The notes beneath the pieces are model-generated. The model was not told where the DNA came from. It made no database searches and saw nothing but the letters and a program-made list of their open reading frames with translations. Made by a program: the position numbers and the translations under genes. A stretch of DNA of 64,000 nt from Antedon mediterranea (taxonomy: Eukaryota; Animalia; Echinodermata): positions 12,236,101-12,300,100 of the forward strand of contig NC_092677.1 in NCBI RefSeq assembly GCF_964355755.1, read 5' to 3'. Positions 28,401 through 38,902 of the stretch are shown one piece after another. Position 1 is the first letter of the stretch, and each line of letters starts with the position of its first letter.

Positions 28401-31400
28401 GCTACGCACGTAATTGTATTGCCATATGATGAAATATGACCTGAAATTTATGAGTACCAAATTTTGTTTAATTGTGATTCATGCTTGTGAAGATATGATT
28501 ACAAACGTGATTTCGTAAAATCGCGCGTAGACCGCGTAATTTTTGATTACGCATCGTGAAAATATAACCACATCGATTCCTGGCAATGAGGAATATACTC
28601 TGAAAACTTGACTTAGCTAGATTAAACTGATGCCAAGATAATGCACGGACAAAATAGTGCTAAGGAAAGAATAAATAAATAAATAAATAAATAAAGATTT
28701 TGACAGAATCAAGAGGTTATATGCATATCATGCATATAACCTAATAATGCCTCAGTCAAAGATTACTCTATAAACAGGTATGTATGGTAGCCTATAGTAA
28801 GTTATGGCCCAGGTGGACATAGGACAGCAAACATAAATTTAGTATAAATCCATTAATAAAGGTAATAGACTTACCAAAGGTTGTGCTACTGTGCCAGAAC
28901 ATGTAGGTACAGATACAGTCAACTCTGCCAATACCGGACTCTCTGAAAACCGGAAACTTTCCCAAAACTAGACTTTTCTTGAAGTCCAAAAGGTCCAAAT
29001 TCGTTTTAAAAATTAAAAACACATTCTGAATACCAGAATTTACGGAAAACCAGACATATTTAGCAAGCCCAACGGTGTCCGGTATTGAGAGTTGACTGTA
29101 TTGTTGAGTTGTAAATGTAACACAAGCTTAATTAGAGTGGAGTTGTGGCTTAGTGGTTATGATGCTTGGCTACCACTCCAAGGGTGCTGGGTTCAAGTCC
29201 CATCACATGTCTGGATTTTATCTAAGGAAAAAATTACAACTCCACTCCCAAAGACTTTGTTTATGTACAGCAGTGGCGGATCTAGCGGGGGGCGAATACG
29301 TACGCCCTCCTATTTTTTTAAGATTTTTTTTTTTTTTTTTTTAAATTAAATAGATTTTAAAAACATGTATCGTTTCGACGGTCATCAAACCGATGGTTTG
29401 CACATTTCCATAGTGAAAATAGTACGTCGGAGCACATCGTCAGCTTGATCGCATTCCACCAAGCCTGTACGTTGATATCCTTTCTATCCTATCCTGTGTA
29501 CTATCAATCTCTAGCGTTACCAACGATTCACAGTTAAGTGTAAAAGGAGCAAGTTGATAAAAGCCACGTGGTGAGCTTGGTCACGTTCTACTAAGCAGGT
29601 CGGCATCCTTTGTGATCGTTACTCCAGTATTGTAGAGTAGCGGTACCTCCGACGATCAATCGTGCAGTCAATGAATGGAGTTGATGAAGCCACATGGTCA
29701 GTGCTACTATACTACGCGCCCATTTATTAAGTACAATAAAAACAAAGGCTGACTGTATAGTGCCTATGAAAATTATCCCGTCAGGCCTTTATTTTATTAA
29801 AACGTATTACTATGATCCCTATTAAAATATTAACAATGCTGCAGCATTTCATGACCCTTGTTGTTTTATTTGCTTTTCCGTCGATGATTCTCATAAACAA
29901 ATCGCGATGACAAAAGAGGTGTTTTGTTTTTTTCAAATCACTAAATATAATGTAATGATGATCGAGCCGGACCGCTAATTTTTAAACAATCGTTTAAACC
30001 AGGCCGTTGAATATGTCGTGATTTTAATTGTCAAAAACATGATCGTCAGTCGATGGCTCGCGTCGCATGTGTTACGTGGTGGTGGAAAACACTCTCAGCA
30101 AGTTTGCTTCATTAATATGCATGAGACTCTGTGACGACCCGCTTTAACGTGACGTCATTTTACTAGCTGCATGCGAAGAAGTAGTCACCACAATCGACCC
30201 GGCGCGCGTGTAAGAAAATAATACCGGCCTAGGCTAGGACAAGTTTATGCTTATATAAAAGCTGAAAAACATCGTCGCGTTGTAAAAATTTAGATGTAAA
30301 GTACAGGCAAGTTGTTAGCTTGCTTTGGTACCCTAGGTAAGTATCAACTGCATGTTCCACATGTCGTAATTTGCGAGCTTTAGAGTGTTTGGTAAATGAC
30401 AAATATGAGATGTTTGTAAATCGTTTTAAACGACTTACAATGCGCTACAGTAGAACGGCAACATTTTCAGGACCTGAACCCCGACCGGGGGCCCTTGGCG
30501 GCCCCCTGGCCCCCAGCCAATGTTTACTCGCCACCCCTTTTCAATATCCTGGATCCGCCCCTGTACAGCATCTTGTGTATATCTTTGTCTTGCCTAATGA
30601 TCAGCAATTGCTGGATGGATCACCCTCATTAAATATGGTAAAAAAAAATGTATTGTAATACTACAGTAATAGCTCTTGAGGACACATCCATCTAGCATGG
30701 CCAAGGTCAAGATCCAAAGTGAGCCACCTGGATTGTGCTAAGGAACACAAATGAGAAGCCAAATTGGACTTATTAGGAACATAATATGTGTAGTGTTAGA
30801 ACTTACACCAAGTTTGTTTGATTTACTCTAGGCACAGCAACTTTGTTTTTTCTACACACTTACTTCTTTTACAAGCCCAATAGCCTTCTTTGTTACAAGA
30901 AATCGACACAAACTTTCCATTTTGGTTAATTTTTGCACACTTGTTATCATTGTCTGGATGTCCTATTTCCCAGTCTGAAAAATACCCAGAAAAAATAGTT
31001 ATTTAAATTTATATGGTTACTCAAAGTATAAAAACCTGGGAAGATTTATACCTTTGCTTTAAAAAGACCCTTCAAAAGGGGAAGGGGAAATTTTGCCCAA
31101 CATGGTTAGAGAGAATACTAAGAATTTTGGAGAATACATCATTTATGTAGTCTGAAAACTCATGTGGGTACTGTACTTATCATATCAAAATTTCTCCTTT
31201 ATATACAATACAGAAGTACACCCTTTTTTTGTATATACTGTAAGGTCTATAAAAATCACAGTAAATTTGAAGTGCGATGGGACCGCAATAAAATTTATTC
31301 TCACTTGAGTAAGTATCTGAGAGATTCTTGTTTAGCCGTCTCCACTTCCATTCTCCAGACTCGTTTGACAAGTCTATGATAGTGTCTATAGGAAGGTTGT

Positions 31401-34400
31401 TGGTGACAAACTGCACCTCCTCTTGTGTCAGAATGTTGAGGATCAAGGAAAACTTAATAGTACTACAGTAGGAATCAATCTGGTCTCTTGAATATGATAT
31501 CTCACTACCAAATTCATATATGCTTCTCCCAAATACAACCACGTCTGATCCAACTGCAACCAAATAAACAGACAATGTTAAATCACGAATCAAGATACTA
31601 AATCTATATCCACTGTATATGTGGATACAAATAATGAAGGTTTATGAGTGCAATAGTATAAATATGTTCATGAGGCAGGTGAAAATTAAAGACCCATTCC
31701 TTACAATTTGTGACGTTTTGTAAAAATAATGCATATATTTACTTTAAAAACATTAAACCAGGTCATTCCTTGTCTTAAATGTACATTTTATGGTCAATTA
31801 TGACAAAAAGTCAGCAACAATGCGCTACCTAAGTATCTCGCAAATGACCTCTCATAGACGGTCTTTAGGCCTAGCCTAGGGAGGCTTAGTTTGGTAGCCT
31901 AGCTGGTAAACATCGGTAACGTACGAACATCGTACGCTAGCTATATACCTAGCCTGCCGTTGTATAGTTGTTGCTGCATTAATTGTCTTTCTATTTTTGC
32001 CAGACTCTGTTGATACAAATTGGGGAAAACTCTGTATTTTCCCTTAAAAGTTAGGAGTCTTCCATTTGTTTTGGCCTCACAAGCGATCAAATGTGTGTGA
32101 ATTACAGAAGAAAAACGAAAATATCAATCCGCGCGCAATGCATTTTGGGATTTAAGCGGGCCGCTAAAATTACTAGAATCGACTGATTTTTCACATTTTT
32201 AACCGTTTAAAGACGAAAAAAGTTATCTCAATAGGACCATATAATATTTATTTTTATATTAAATGTAGTTTGTGACCTTAAATTAAATCTAAAAAACGTA
32301 GGGAATGGGTCTTTAAACATTTCATCAGTACCCAATGAAAATATTTGTACAGTTCTATTGCACAGATTATAATATAAACATTCAATATATCTAAAGTAGA
32401 TTCTTGATTTCCTCCAATCAATGACAAAGATCTACTTGGCATGGCAAATGTTAAATTTCAAAGGAATAAATGTATACTAATTATTTAGTAATTCCTAGTT
32501 AATTTGTCAATTATTATATTATGACTTACCAGTTTTGATTATAAGGAACTGTAATATTAGGCCTACAACAGCAATGTAAAGAAAATGTGTCTGAAATGTA
32601 AAATGAATAATAAATTATATATGCAAATTTTTTTAAATAGTCTATATAGCCCTATGATACCTCGGCTAGGTATGGCTAGAGGCTAACTAAGTAGTGCCAA
32701 ATTAGGTTAGAACTTAGTAGACCACTTAGTATAGTATAGTGACGGTCAGTCTAATTACCGAAAACAACCGAAAACAACCGAAAACAACCGAAAACAACCG
32801 AAAACAACCATAAACAACCGAAAACAAACCGAAAACAAAATAAAACTAGACATGAAACTCGTCACTTTGACGAGTTAGTTATCCGCACCACGACAAACGC
32901 CACGTGCACGTCATACGTTGGAATATTGCACACAGATAAAGATTATGGCATTATGACAAGAACTGAAGAATATGATATGCTGTTAGTGCTGAATTCTGTC
33001 AATTTTGTGTCATATAGTATATATATGCAAACACTACAGTATAATCTGTATACATATTACATACAGTGTAGAATAGTTGAAATTACGGGACCCGCCATTT
33101 ATTCCAATTTTTAACATGGCGACGGTATCAAAATGAAACACTTAGATAGCAATTTCAGAAGGAAATTATCTTAGGAACAACATATTAACGTGTAGAAGAA
33201 ATTTGAATACGTAAAATATAGATGCGCACCCTTTTAAATGTGATGAACTATTACGCAAAATATGAAAATACAACTTTTTTTATTCAACTGGCCATATGAT
33301 GACGTCACAACATCCGATTGGCAAAATGTTTACATGAATTCGTATCTACAATCCAATAGCTTCCAGAAAACGTTTTAATCGTGATTATCACATTTTATTC
33401 TTACGAGCTATTACAGAATAAAATTTACTGTAAAGATGAAATTAATGACCCACGTAATTGAAATTTTTAGGCATGATGACGTCATAAAAATTAAAATATT
33501 TTTATCTCATACTAAAGAAAGTTGATTGACCTACACAATATATAAATGTAGGAGAAAAAGGAATACAGATAAGCGTGATGCGCTCCATTGAATGTGATGA
33601 GCAATAACGAAAGAGACAAAAATCCTATATTTTACATTCGTGTGGCCATACGATGACGTCACAATGTTTTTTTAGCCTTATCGATGCATGATCCGTTATC
33701 TACAACTCATCAACTTCAAGATTTTGTAATAAAAATAAACGGTTCACGGTTTACTTTAGAAACTATGACTGTTTAAAAAAAGACAAAATGTTGACGATTT
33801 TTTAATCTTTTTCATAAAAAACGCGCATGAAATGTTTAATTCAACGTGTTCGTATGGCGTTATTTAAATTGGAAAAGGTCTAAATTGTTTTCAAAATTAC
33901 TAGGAAAGGCTTGAAAAATATAATTCAAGAGAAAAAAATATGTTTTTAACGCTACGTGCGCACCGCGTACGTAAAAAATTGCGCGCCCGTGGGAATTTTT
34001 GACATGCTCAAAATGACATGAAACGCGTAAAAAATTGATTAGAAATTAATTTTGCACATTTTGAAATTTTAAATGCGCGTGCGCGCGTAACTTCTTGTGA
34101 AACATGCCATTTTTAATCCGTAGAAAGTTTGCCCCTGATATGACTTAAATTTTGTCAAAGTGTCAATACTAAATGACTTTTGGTTTTTAATCTATGTTCA
34201 ATCATTGAAATTCATAAAATTGCGCGTAAGTCACGTTGCGCAACTATGACGTCATTCAAAAATAGGAGGTGCACAACTTCACGTAAATGCCCATATGTTG
34301 TCAAAGTTATGAAATGTTATGTTTACACATTTTAGAGAAACGCGATCCACAAAAAGGAAGGATGGAAACGAGAATAATACAGAAAAAAAATGTTGATCTC

Positions 34401-37400
34401 ATACAATAACAAGGAGTTATCCGCTTGGTATACCAAGCGGATAACTAATAATCTAAATACCGAAAACAAATTTGTAAAATATTTTTTAAATGTCGCCCTC
34501 TATTGATGGGTGTTTCTAAATCTAAGACCATAACAGAGACAAAACCGCGCGCGCAAAAGCCAAGGAAGACCCTACGATGGTAGTGTGCACAAAATACAAC
34601 TAAAAATCGTGCAATCAATCAATGATAACATCGCATTTACTTACAGAATCTATAAAAATATTTTAATTTTAGTCTTTCGATTTTTGATCCAGAAACCAGT
34701 ACATTACTCCTTACAATAATTGTGAATACTAGATGGTACGCTCGCTTCGCTCGCGTACCATCTAGGTCGTGCCCACAGATGGTTCTCGAATACACAGTAA
34801 TTTCAGCGTAAAAAAATGCTTTTTTTTAATGTACGTACTGCAGGACGATAATAGTTATTATCGTTTACAGAAACGAATAAATAGACACGATGATTTATGT
34901 ATTAAACTGAAATTAGCACACTGGGAATTACTTCCGAAAGAGAAACTTGTCACAAAATGAGTCCAAATTTGTTATTTGGACTCATTTAAACAAACCCAAT
35001 TTGTGTTTTGTGTGTAACATTAGGGTTGAGGGATGGGGAAGAGGATATGGGTACAAAGAAGAACAATGTTTTAATATATTCTTTATCTACTCAGTAACGA
35101 AATATGTTTTTCATGTTTGATAGGCCTATAAATAATATACCACTTGATACAGTAACACATTTGCGATTTAATACTTTGTTAAAACTGTCACTGTTATAGT
35201 CCATTGAAATAGCATGTACATGTAACGATACACGTACCACTACAACGTTTATATTCTTTGTAATTATTAATTAATACAAACGTTGAGAAGCAACTGTCAG
35301 TAGTACAGTTTATTTGTATATTGTACATTTTATATAACAGTAGGGCCTACTCACAGGCCTATAAATAATATACCACTTGATACAGTAACACATTTGCGAT
35401 TTAATACTTTGTTAAAACTGTCACTGTCATAGTCGATTGAAATAGCATAGTACATGTAACGATACACGTACCACTACAGCGTTTATATTCTTTGTAAATT
35501 AATACAAACGTTGAGAAGCAACTGTCAGTACTACAGTTTATTTGTATATTGTACGTTCTATATAACAGTAGGGCCTACTCACACTCACAGTAATACGTTT
35601 ATTTGTACATGATTGTGTTATACATCTAACAGTACCCACACTCACAGTAAATTCAATGGCGACCACAAATGATTAATACGTATTTACAGTAATGTCCAAG
35701 TATTGCAATACTATATCTATATATAGGTTTTAGGTTAATTCCCCAAGGGCCAATAAATTTACCTACAGCTGGTGGTACTTGTGTTAAAGCAAAGAGTTAT
35801 TATTGAAATGTTCCATTCATCGGAAATCAATACATTTGTTTAAATGTATATTAAATCTATCAAAATAGTATGTTTTTAAGAAAATAGGTCTGTCTTCAAC
35901 ATTATGATGCTGTACTCGAGCTGTTCAACCGGTTTTCAGCCATTAAAAACAATTATCGTAGGAGGAGTCTAGATAGGAAAATGCGAAGCATCCTCGTATT
36001 ATTGTATGCGGGTATTTTTCAAGATAGACATGCATTGGACAGTGTATACCACGATCGGAAAACACCCCTATTTGGGGCAAATCGTTGAACCTAAATTCGT
36101 TTTAATTGTCAATAACTAATTATCGAACTCCATTTAATTAGTAAACAGGGTTACATCAGGTGGTTAAAATCAGTATCGAAAGTACGAACCAACTTTATAT
36201 ACCATCCATCATTCTAGAAGTAAGGCGCGATTTACCGAATTTTGCCCTTACGTAAATTTATATATAGATGTTAATCCATAGTATAGAAGTAGTAAATTGA
36301 CTATGGTTAATCATGATCGATTTAATTATAGATTTTCAAAGATAATTATACAAAGATACTAGGGAATATAAAGTATACTTAAAACAAGCTCACTATAAGG
36401 GATTCACAATAAAATCTATTCAGTAAAATTACTGTAGTCGAGTAAATAACGTTTTTATCCTTAATCGCTTCAGTATTCACTTAAGTGACGAAAACCGGGG
36501 ACGAAAACGCAAAGTTAGGTAAAATCATGCTTTGTTTTTGAAAAGACTAAAAACGAAATGTGTTTATAGATTTTGTAAGTAAATGTAATCTACGGTGTAT
36601 TTCATTGAATTTGTACAATTTTGAGTTGTATTTTGTGCACACTACCATTTCTTAGGGTCTTCCATGACTTTTGCGCCTCTATGGTCTTAGCTTTAGAAAC
36701 ACCCATCAATAGAGGGCGACATTAAAAAAAATATTATACAAAATTTGTTTTCGGTATTTAGATTTTTTTAATTTTGTTTTCGGTTTGTTTTCGGTTTGTT
36801 TTCGGTTGTTTACGGTTGTTTTCGGTTGTTTGTGGTTGTTTTCGGTTGTTTTCGGTAATTAGACTGACCCGTATAGTGAGGTTGGGTTATTTAGCCTAGC
36901 CATGGTCCTGTAAAGAGGGCCTAGGCCTAGCTAGGCTAGGCCTATAGGCCTAGCCTAGTAGCCCAATAGCTCTAGCTAAATCATAGTATAGCTAGGAGGC
37001 CCGCATACTCCGACATTGAATTGGGATTGAACTTCATCAATACTTAATATTTTTTAAGACAAATTACCTACCTACATACAAATACAATTTCTTTTAAGTG
37101 ATATTAAAAGTCCTTTCCTCTACAACAAGTTACTTCTAAACTTATTATTATAGAGGGCGTAAAGAAAATAAAAATTACCTGTAAATAAAAATTTGGATCT
37201 GGAACACAATTCGGTTTTCTGGATAAATTTAACCGTTTATTAATTTTGTTTATTAATTTTCACTGTATATTGTATTTAATGTTGCAGAGAAAGACTGGTG
37301 TACATCTCTGTAAATCTTTTTAAATTTCTATTTGTGTTTACTGTATTCGTTGATCTTAAAGTTTATTTTCATACTTTAATTTGTTAATTAACTATTGTAT

Positions 37401-38399
37401 AATTCATTTCCTTTTCTTTTTCTTTAAACTTATGAACGCACCGTCATAAAACGTGTGCCGCTGTTCTAAAAGCGTCTGTTCAAATAAAGTTATTATTATA
37501 ATAGAATACAAAAAAGATACTACTACAGTCACTCACTATAAATCGTTGAGAAAAACATGATAAATAAATGTCACTTTGAATATGCCATTTTGTAGTTTTA
37601 AAAAAGTTATTCACTTCTACAGAATCATTTATAAAAATAAACGGTTAAATTTATCCAGAAAACCGAATTGTGTTCCAGATCCAAATTTTTATTTACAGGT
37701 AATTTTTATTTTCCATCCAATTTTTGGTCAAAGTGTATGTGACATCCAAATGGCATAATTAACTAAATAAACCATTATCTAAATTCACCATTTTTTTCAA
37801 CGAAAAATTCCTACTAGAAATCTAGTAAATATTTTATAGGCCCGGTATAGGACGTCTACACCATAAAAGTAGTACTGTAATCGTAGAGATATAATCACTA
37901 TTATATCTCTATGGTCTACACTATCAAACTAGTTTGACAAATAAAGTGTGACGTGCCCAATTATTTGTAGACACAGAGCTTATAACGCTGTATACACTAT
38001 TAAACTTTATGTGACAACAAAATGTAATGTGCCTATACCAGTATTTATGAACCCGATGCGATGACGCCAATCACTACCATCGGGACACATTCCACTTTTT
38101 TCGTCAAACTAGTTTGATAGTGTAGATAAAGCTATAATCTTTACTTGGTTCCCACTAGAACACAATGCAATTTTATAAGACGTAGTAGAGAATATAGATT
38201 TGTGGGAACCGATGACGTACGGATGCGGCATGGTGCTAGACATCCAACGCCGTTTTCTGTTGCATACGTCGTGATGCTTCGTTACTCGACAGGATTCAAG
38301 ATTCAAGAAGATTCACTGGGATTTAACATTGTATTGGGTGGGCCCACTCTACAAATAATAAAGTGAAAAACTTACACGTCCAACCGATCCGATGTCCAT
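1207..38399 (-). CDS. Large multi-exon mosaic extracellular protein (SP-CTLx3-Ig-Ig-EGFx4-FN3-CTL-FA58C-CTLx2-FN3-FA58C-EGFx2-FA58C-EGF-kringle...), 3' end probably beyond the window
   Basis: 33 GT-AG exons join in one open frame (6247 nt): 38376-38399, 32530-32590, 31305-31553, 30864-30974, 26474-26743, 25718-25843, 24924-25163, 24445-24579, 23889-23933, 19589-19933, 18671-18928, 18116-18250, 17321-17461, 16837-16968, 16178-16330, 15372-15689, 14832-15116, 14399-14521, 13889-14208, 13283-13421, 12911-13177, 12226-12339, 11759-11797, 10983-11357, 10272-10562, 9508-9851, 8360-8498, 7224-7334, 6589-6702, 4109-4419, 3693-3831, 2570-2701, 1207-1467. No stop codon or TM segment was found in the window. 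Confidence 0.85.
1582..1912. mobile_element. MITE with 32-bp TIR and 8-bp TSD (P- or hAT-like)
   Basis: TIR CAAAGAACTTATAACACAAGAATCTCCTGTTC, with TSD ATTTAAAC on both sides. Confidence 0.85.
2570..2701 (-). CDS. EGF exon
   Basis: NPCDSDPCQNSGVC...CLCSSGFEGDRCE, with clean AG/GT boundaries. Confidence 0.9.
3693..4419 (-). CDS. FA58C/discoidin domain 3 (2 exons)
   Basis: CTNPLGVED...ISASS...GRLN...QWIQIDL...GVATQG / FTGNSD...LRMEIYGC. Confidence 0.93.
4460..4715. repeat. Tandem duplication of about 60 bp followed by a degenerate hexamer (GGGATT-like) array
   Basis: TCAAAATGAAGACAGG...GCACATGGCTG occurs twice, followed by GGATTA/GGGATT-type units. Confidence 0.8.
5146..6471 (+). mobile_element. 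Non-autonomous Helitron, copy 1
   Basis: Starts with 5'-TC and ends in CTAG after the hairpin CTAGATGGTACGCGAGCGAAGCGAGCGTACCATCTAG. It is inserted between A and T with no TSD. A homologous copy lies inverted at 34729-36268. Confidence 0.85.
6589..7334 (-). CDS. Two Notch-type EGF exons
   Basis: CMPNPCYNSGVC...CKCTSAFEGQRC; CVSYPCQNSGVC...FTCSCVAGFTGGIC. Confidence 0.9.
8360..9851 (-). CDS. FA58C/discoidin domain 2 (2 exons)
   Basis: PLGLEDG...SASS...GRLN...QWIQVDFG...VTGVILQGR / FPGN...IRIHPIAW..ICLRFEVLGC. Confidence 0.93.
10272..10562 (-). CDS. FN3-like exon 2
   Basis: VNLNWKAW...GYGPVENYRV...FAVSA...GPLSP, similar in pattern to the FN3 exon at 15372. Confidence 0.75.
10983..13177 (-). 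CDS. C-type lectin-like domains 5 and 6 plus a 39-nt linker exon
   Basis: PPGWVFNNESYYRF...TWNESEQYC / RCFAL...GKWFTVPC...VCE; CKNGY...CYKI...YIGL...WEDG...PWASGQP...ECVVM...NC...FMCE. Confidence 0.87.
13283..14208 (-). CDS. FA58C/discoidin domain 1 (2 exons)
   Basis: LGIEDG...ASS...GRLN...W...QWLQVDLG...VTGVITQGR / FTGN...IRIQPLGW..ISMRFEVLGC. Confidence 0.93.
14399..15116 (-). CDS. C-type lectin-like domain 4 (2 exons)
   Basis: CSLGWMSFENHCF...SWNEADEYC...LAHITS / DCVYV...ISCE...PICQ. Confidence 0.9.
15372..15689 (-). CDS. Fibronectin type III exon
   Basis: VIIEW...GPIVNYNIY...IKGLQEKSEYSIMVKV...GKPS. Confidence 0.85.
16178..18250 (-). CDS. Four EGF / laminin-EGF-like exons
   Basis: CPVCYNGGRCHARSCTCVCPPGFSGTFCE; CRGVLFSYTSPVGNTCAAGLSGYRC; CEYPYYGANCLQKCHC; CPAGYFGDQCNKKCHC...CEMGWGGQDC. 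Confidence 0.88.
18288..18600 (+). mobile_element. tRNA-derived SINE interrupted by an 80-bp insertion
   Basis: A-box TGGCCGAGTGGTTAAG and a degenerate B-box. Homologous to 44255-44550 (inverted) and 42296-42480. Confidence 0.7.
18671..19933 (-). CDS. Two Ig-like domains (Tie ectodomain-like)
   Basis: The second exon reads GETVTLTV...LRWRHN...LTILNARLEDEGVYECYY, with the Ig DxGxYxC motif. The first exon is a divergent beta-rich module, assigned as Ig-like by position. Confidence 0.8.
20594..23516 (-). mobile_element. Two Helentron-associated (HINE/DINE-1-like) elements, one nested in the other
   Basis: Terminal stem-loop AATTCGTCACTATGACGAATT, subterminal IR AGGTTATATGCA/TGCATATAACCT, (TAAA)n microsatellite. 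The inner copy spans about 21985-23452. Confidence 0.8.
24445..25163 (-). CDS. C-type lectin-like domain 3 (2 exons)
   Basis: CPENFMYLGDSCYHF...C...SEEELNFI..AWLG / ENCNAV...W...VICER. Confidence 0.85.
25718..26743 (-). CDS. C-type lectin domain 2 (2 exons, EPN motif)
   Basis: CPENWKLEGDVC...W...YC...FLGYSDEGHEGIF / WKQPEPNNAGTGENCVEINSWSLNDWKC...ACQK. Confidence 0.9.
27261..28745 (-). mobile_element. HINE-like element, third copy of the same family
   Basis: Full-length, highly similar to 21985-23452, with the same termini. Confidence 0.85.
28916..29098. mobile_element. TA-flanked MITE (Tc1/mariner-like)
   Basis: TA|CAGTCAACTCT...AGAGTTGACTG|TA. A degenerate copy lies at about 8865-9014. 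Confidence 0.7.
29271..30563. mobile_element. Non-autonomous TIR element with 5-bp TSD (hAT5-like)
   Basis: CAGTGGCGGATC...GATCCGCCCCTG, TSD TACAG. Confidence 0.75.
30864..31553 (-). CDS. C-type lectin-like domain 1 (2 exons)
   Basis: YC...GEWKW / NWEIGHPDNDNKCAKI...SISCNKEGYWACK fits the CTL Cys/Trp pattern. Confidence 0.8.
31690..32312. mobile_element. TTAA-flanked MITE (Kolobok-like)
   Basis: TTAA|AGACCCATTCC...GGAATGGGTCT|TTAA. A partial inverted copy lies at about 39379-39550. Confidence 0.75.
32530..32590 (-). CDS. Signal-peptide exon (THFLYIAVVGLILQFLIIKT)
   Basis: ttttacatttcag acceptor, hydrophobic 20-mer, GTAAGT donor, phase 0 to 1. Confidence 0.75.
32845..34449 (-). mobile_element. 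Second HINE-like family
   Basis: Stem-loop AACTCGTCACTTTGACGAGTT, subterminal IR AGTTATCCGC/GCGGATAACT, and a terminal hairpin at 34415-34447. The architecture matches the first family but the sequence differs. Confidence 0.75.
34729..36268 (-). mobile_element. Non-autonomous Helitron, copy 2, with an internal tandem duplication of about 230 bp
   Basis: Reverse-complement homolog of 5146-6471 with the same termini. Segment 35122-35354 is repeated at about 35356-35583. Confidence 0.85.
37164..37713. repeat. Inverted repeat pair of about 78 bp (37164-37241 / 37636-37713)
   Basis: GAAAATAAAAATTACCTGTAAATAAAAATTTGGATCTGGAACAC... and its reverse complement. Confidence 0.88.
38376..38399 (-). CDS. 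Candidate first coding exon of the mosaic gene (MDIGSVGR)
   Basis: The ATG sits in a strong Kozak context (gcaccATGg). The 24-nt exon ends in a GTAAGT donor at phase 0, matching the signal-peptide exon. Confidence 0.65.
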
Positions 38400-38662
38400 G
38401 GTGCCAACTGCTGATAGATCTACAATCCGCCTTTTAAAAGATCTAACAAAAGCGAGTGACATCCCAATAAAACCAGTGATCTTTATTGATAAATCATTAT
38501 AATTTACAGTCACAATATTTTATTATACAATTTTTAGGTAATAAAACATGCCTTTATTTCTACATTGATACATGCAAAGGCAGCGTACGTGCAATTTACA
38601 ATTAAACAGGCCGTGATCAACAAAAGAAGAAAAAAAACACAATTTTAATGTCTGCTATAAAA

Positions 38663-38902
38663 ATTATTTATTGTATTTAACATCTAAATTACAGCAAATC
38701 AATACACTCGTCTATAATTATATTATTTATTGTATTTAACATCTAAATTACAGCAAATCAACTCGTCTATAATTATATTATTTATTGTATTTAACATCTA
38801 AATTACAGCAAATCAACTCGTCTATAATTATATTATTTATTGTATTTAACATCTAAATTACAGCAAATCAATACACTCGTCTATAATTATATTATTTATT
38901 GT
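38663..38902. repeat. Tandem repeat with a 56-60 bp unit, about 4.3 copies
   Basis: Unit ATTATTTATTGTATTTAACATCTAAATTACAGCAAATCAA(TACA)CTCGTCTATAATTAT. Confidence 0.92.

Larger units (their letters stand above)
32743..36870. mobile_element. Mutator/foldback-like long-TIR element hosting a nested HINE and a Helitron
   Basis: Termini GGTCAGTCTAATTACCG...CGGTAATTAGACTGACC with (CCGAAAACAA)n arrays. The 9-bp TSD GTATAGTGA is at 32734-32742 and 36871-36879. The left TIR resumes at about 34450 after the HINE. Confidence 0.85.

Noticed and set aside
38663-38902. CRISPR-like regular repeats
   Set aside because: There are no unique spacers, the context is eukaryotic and no cas genes are present. It is a simple tandem repeat.
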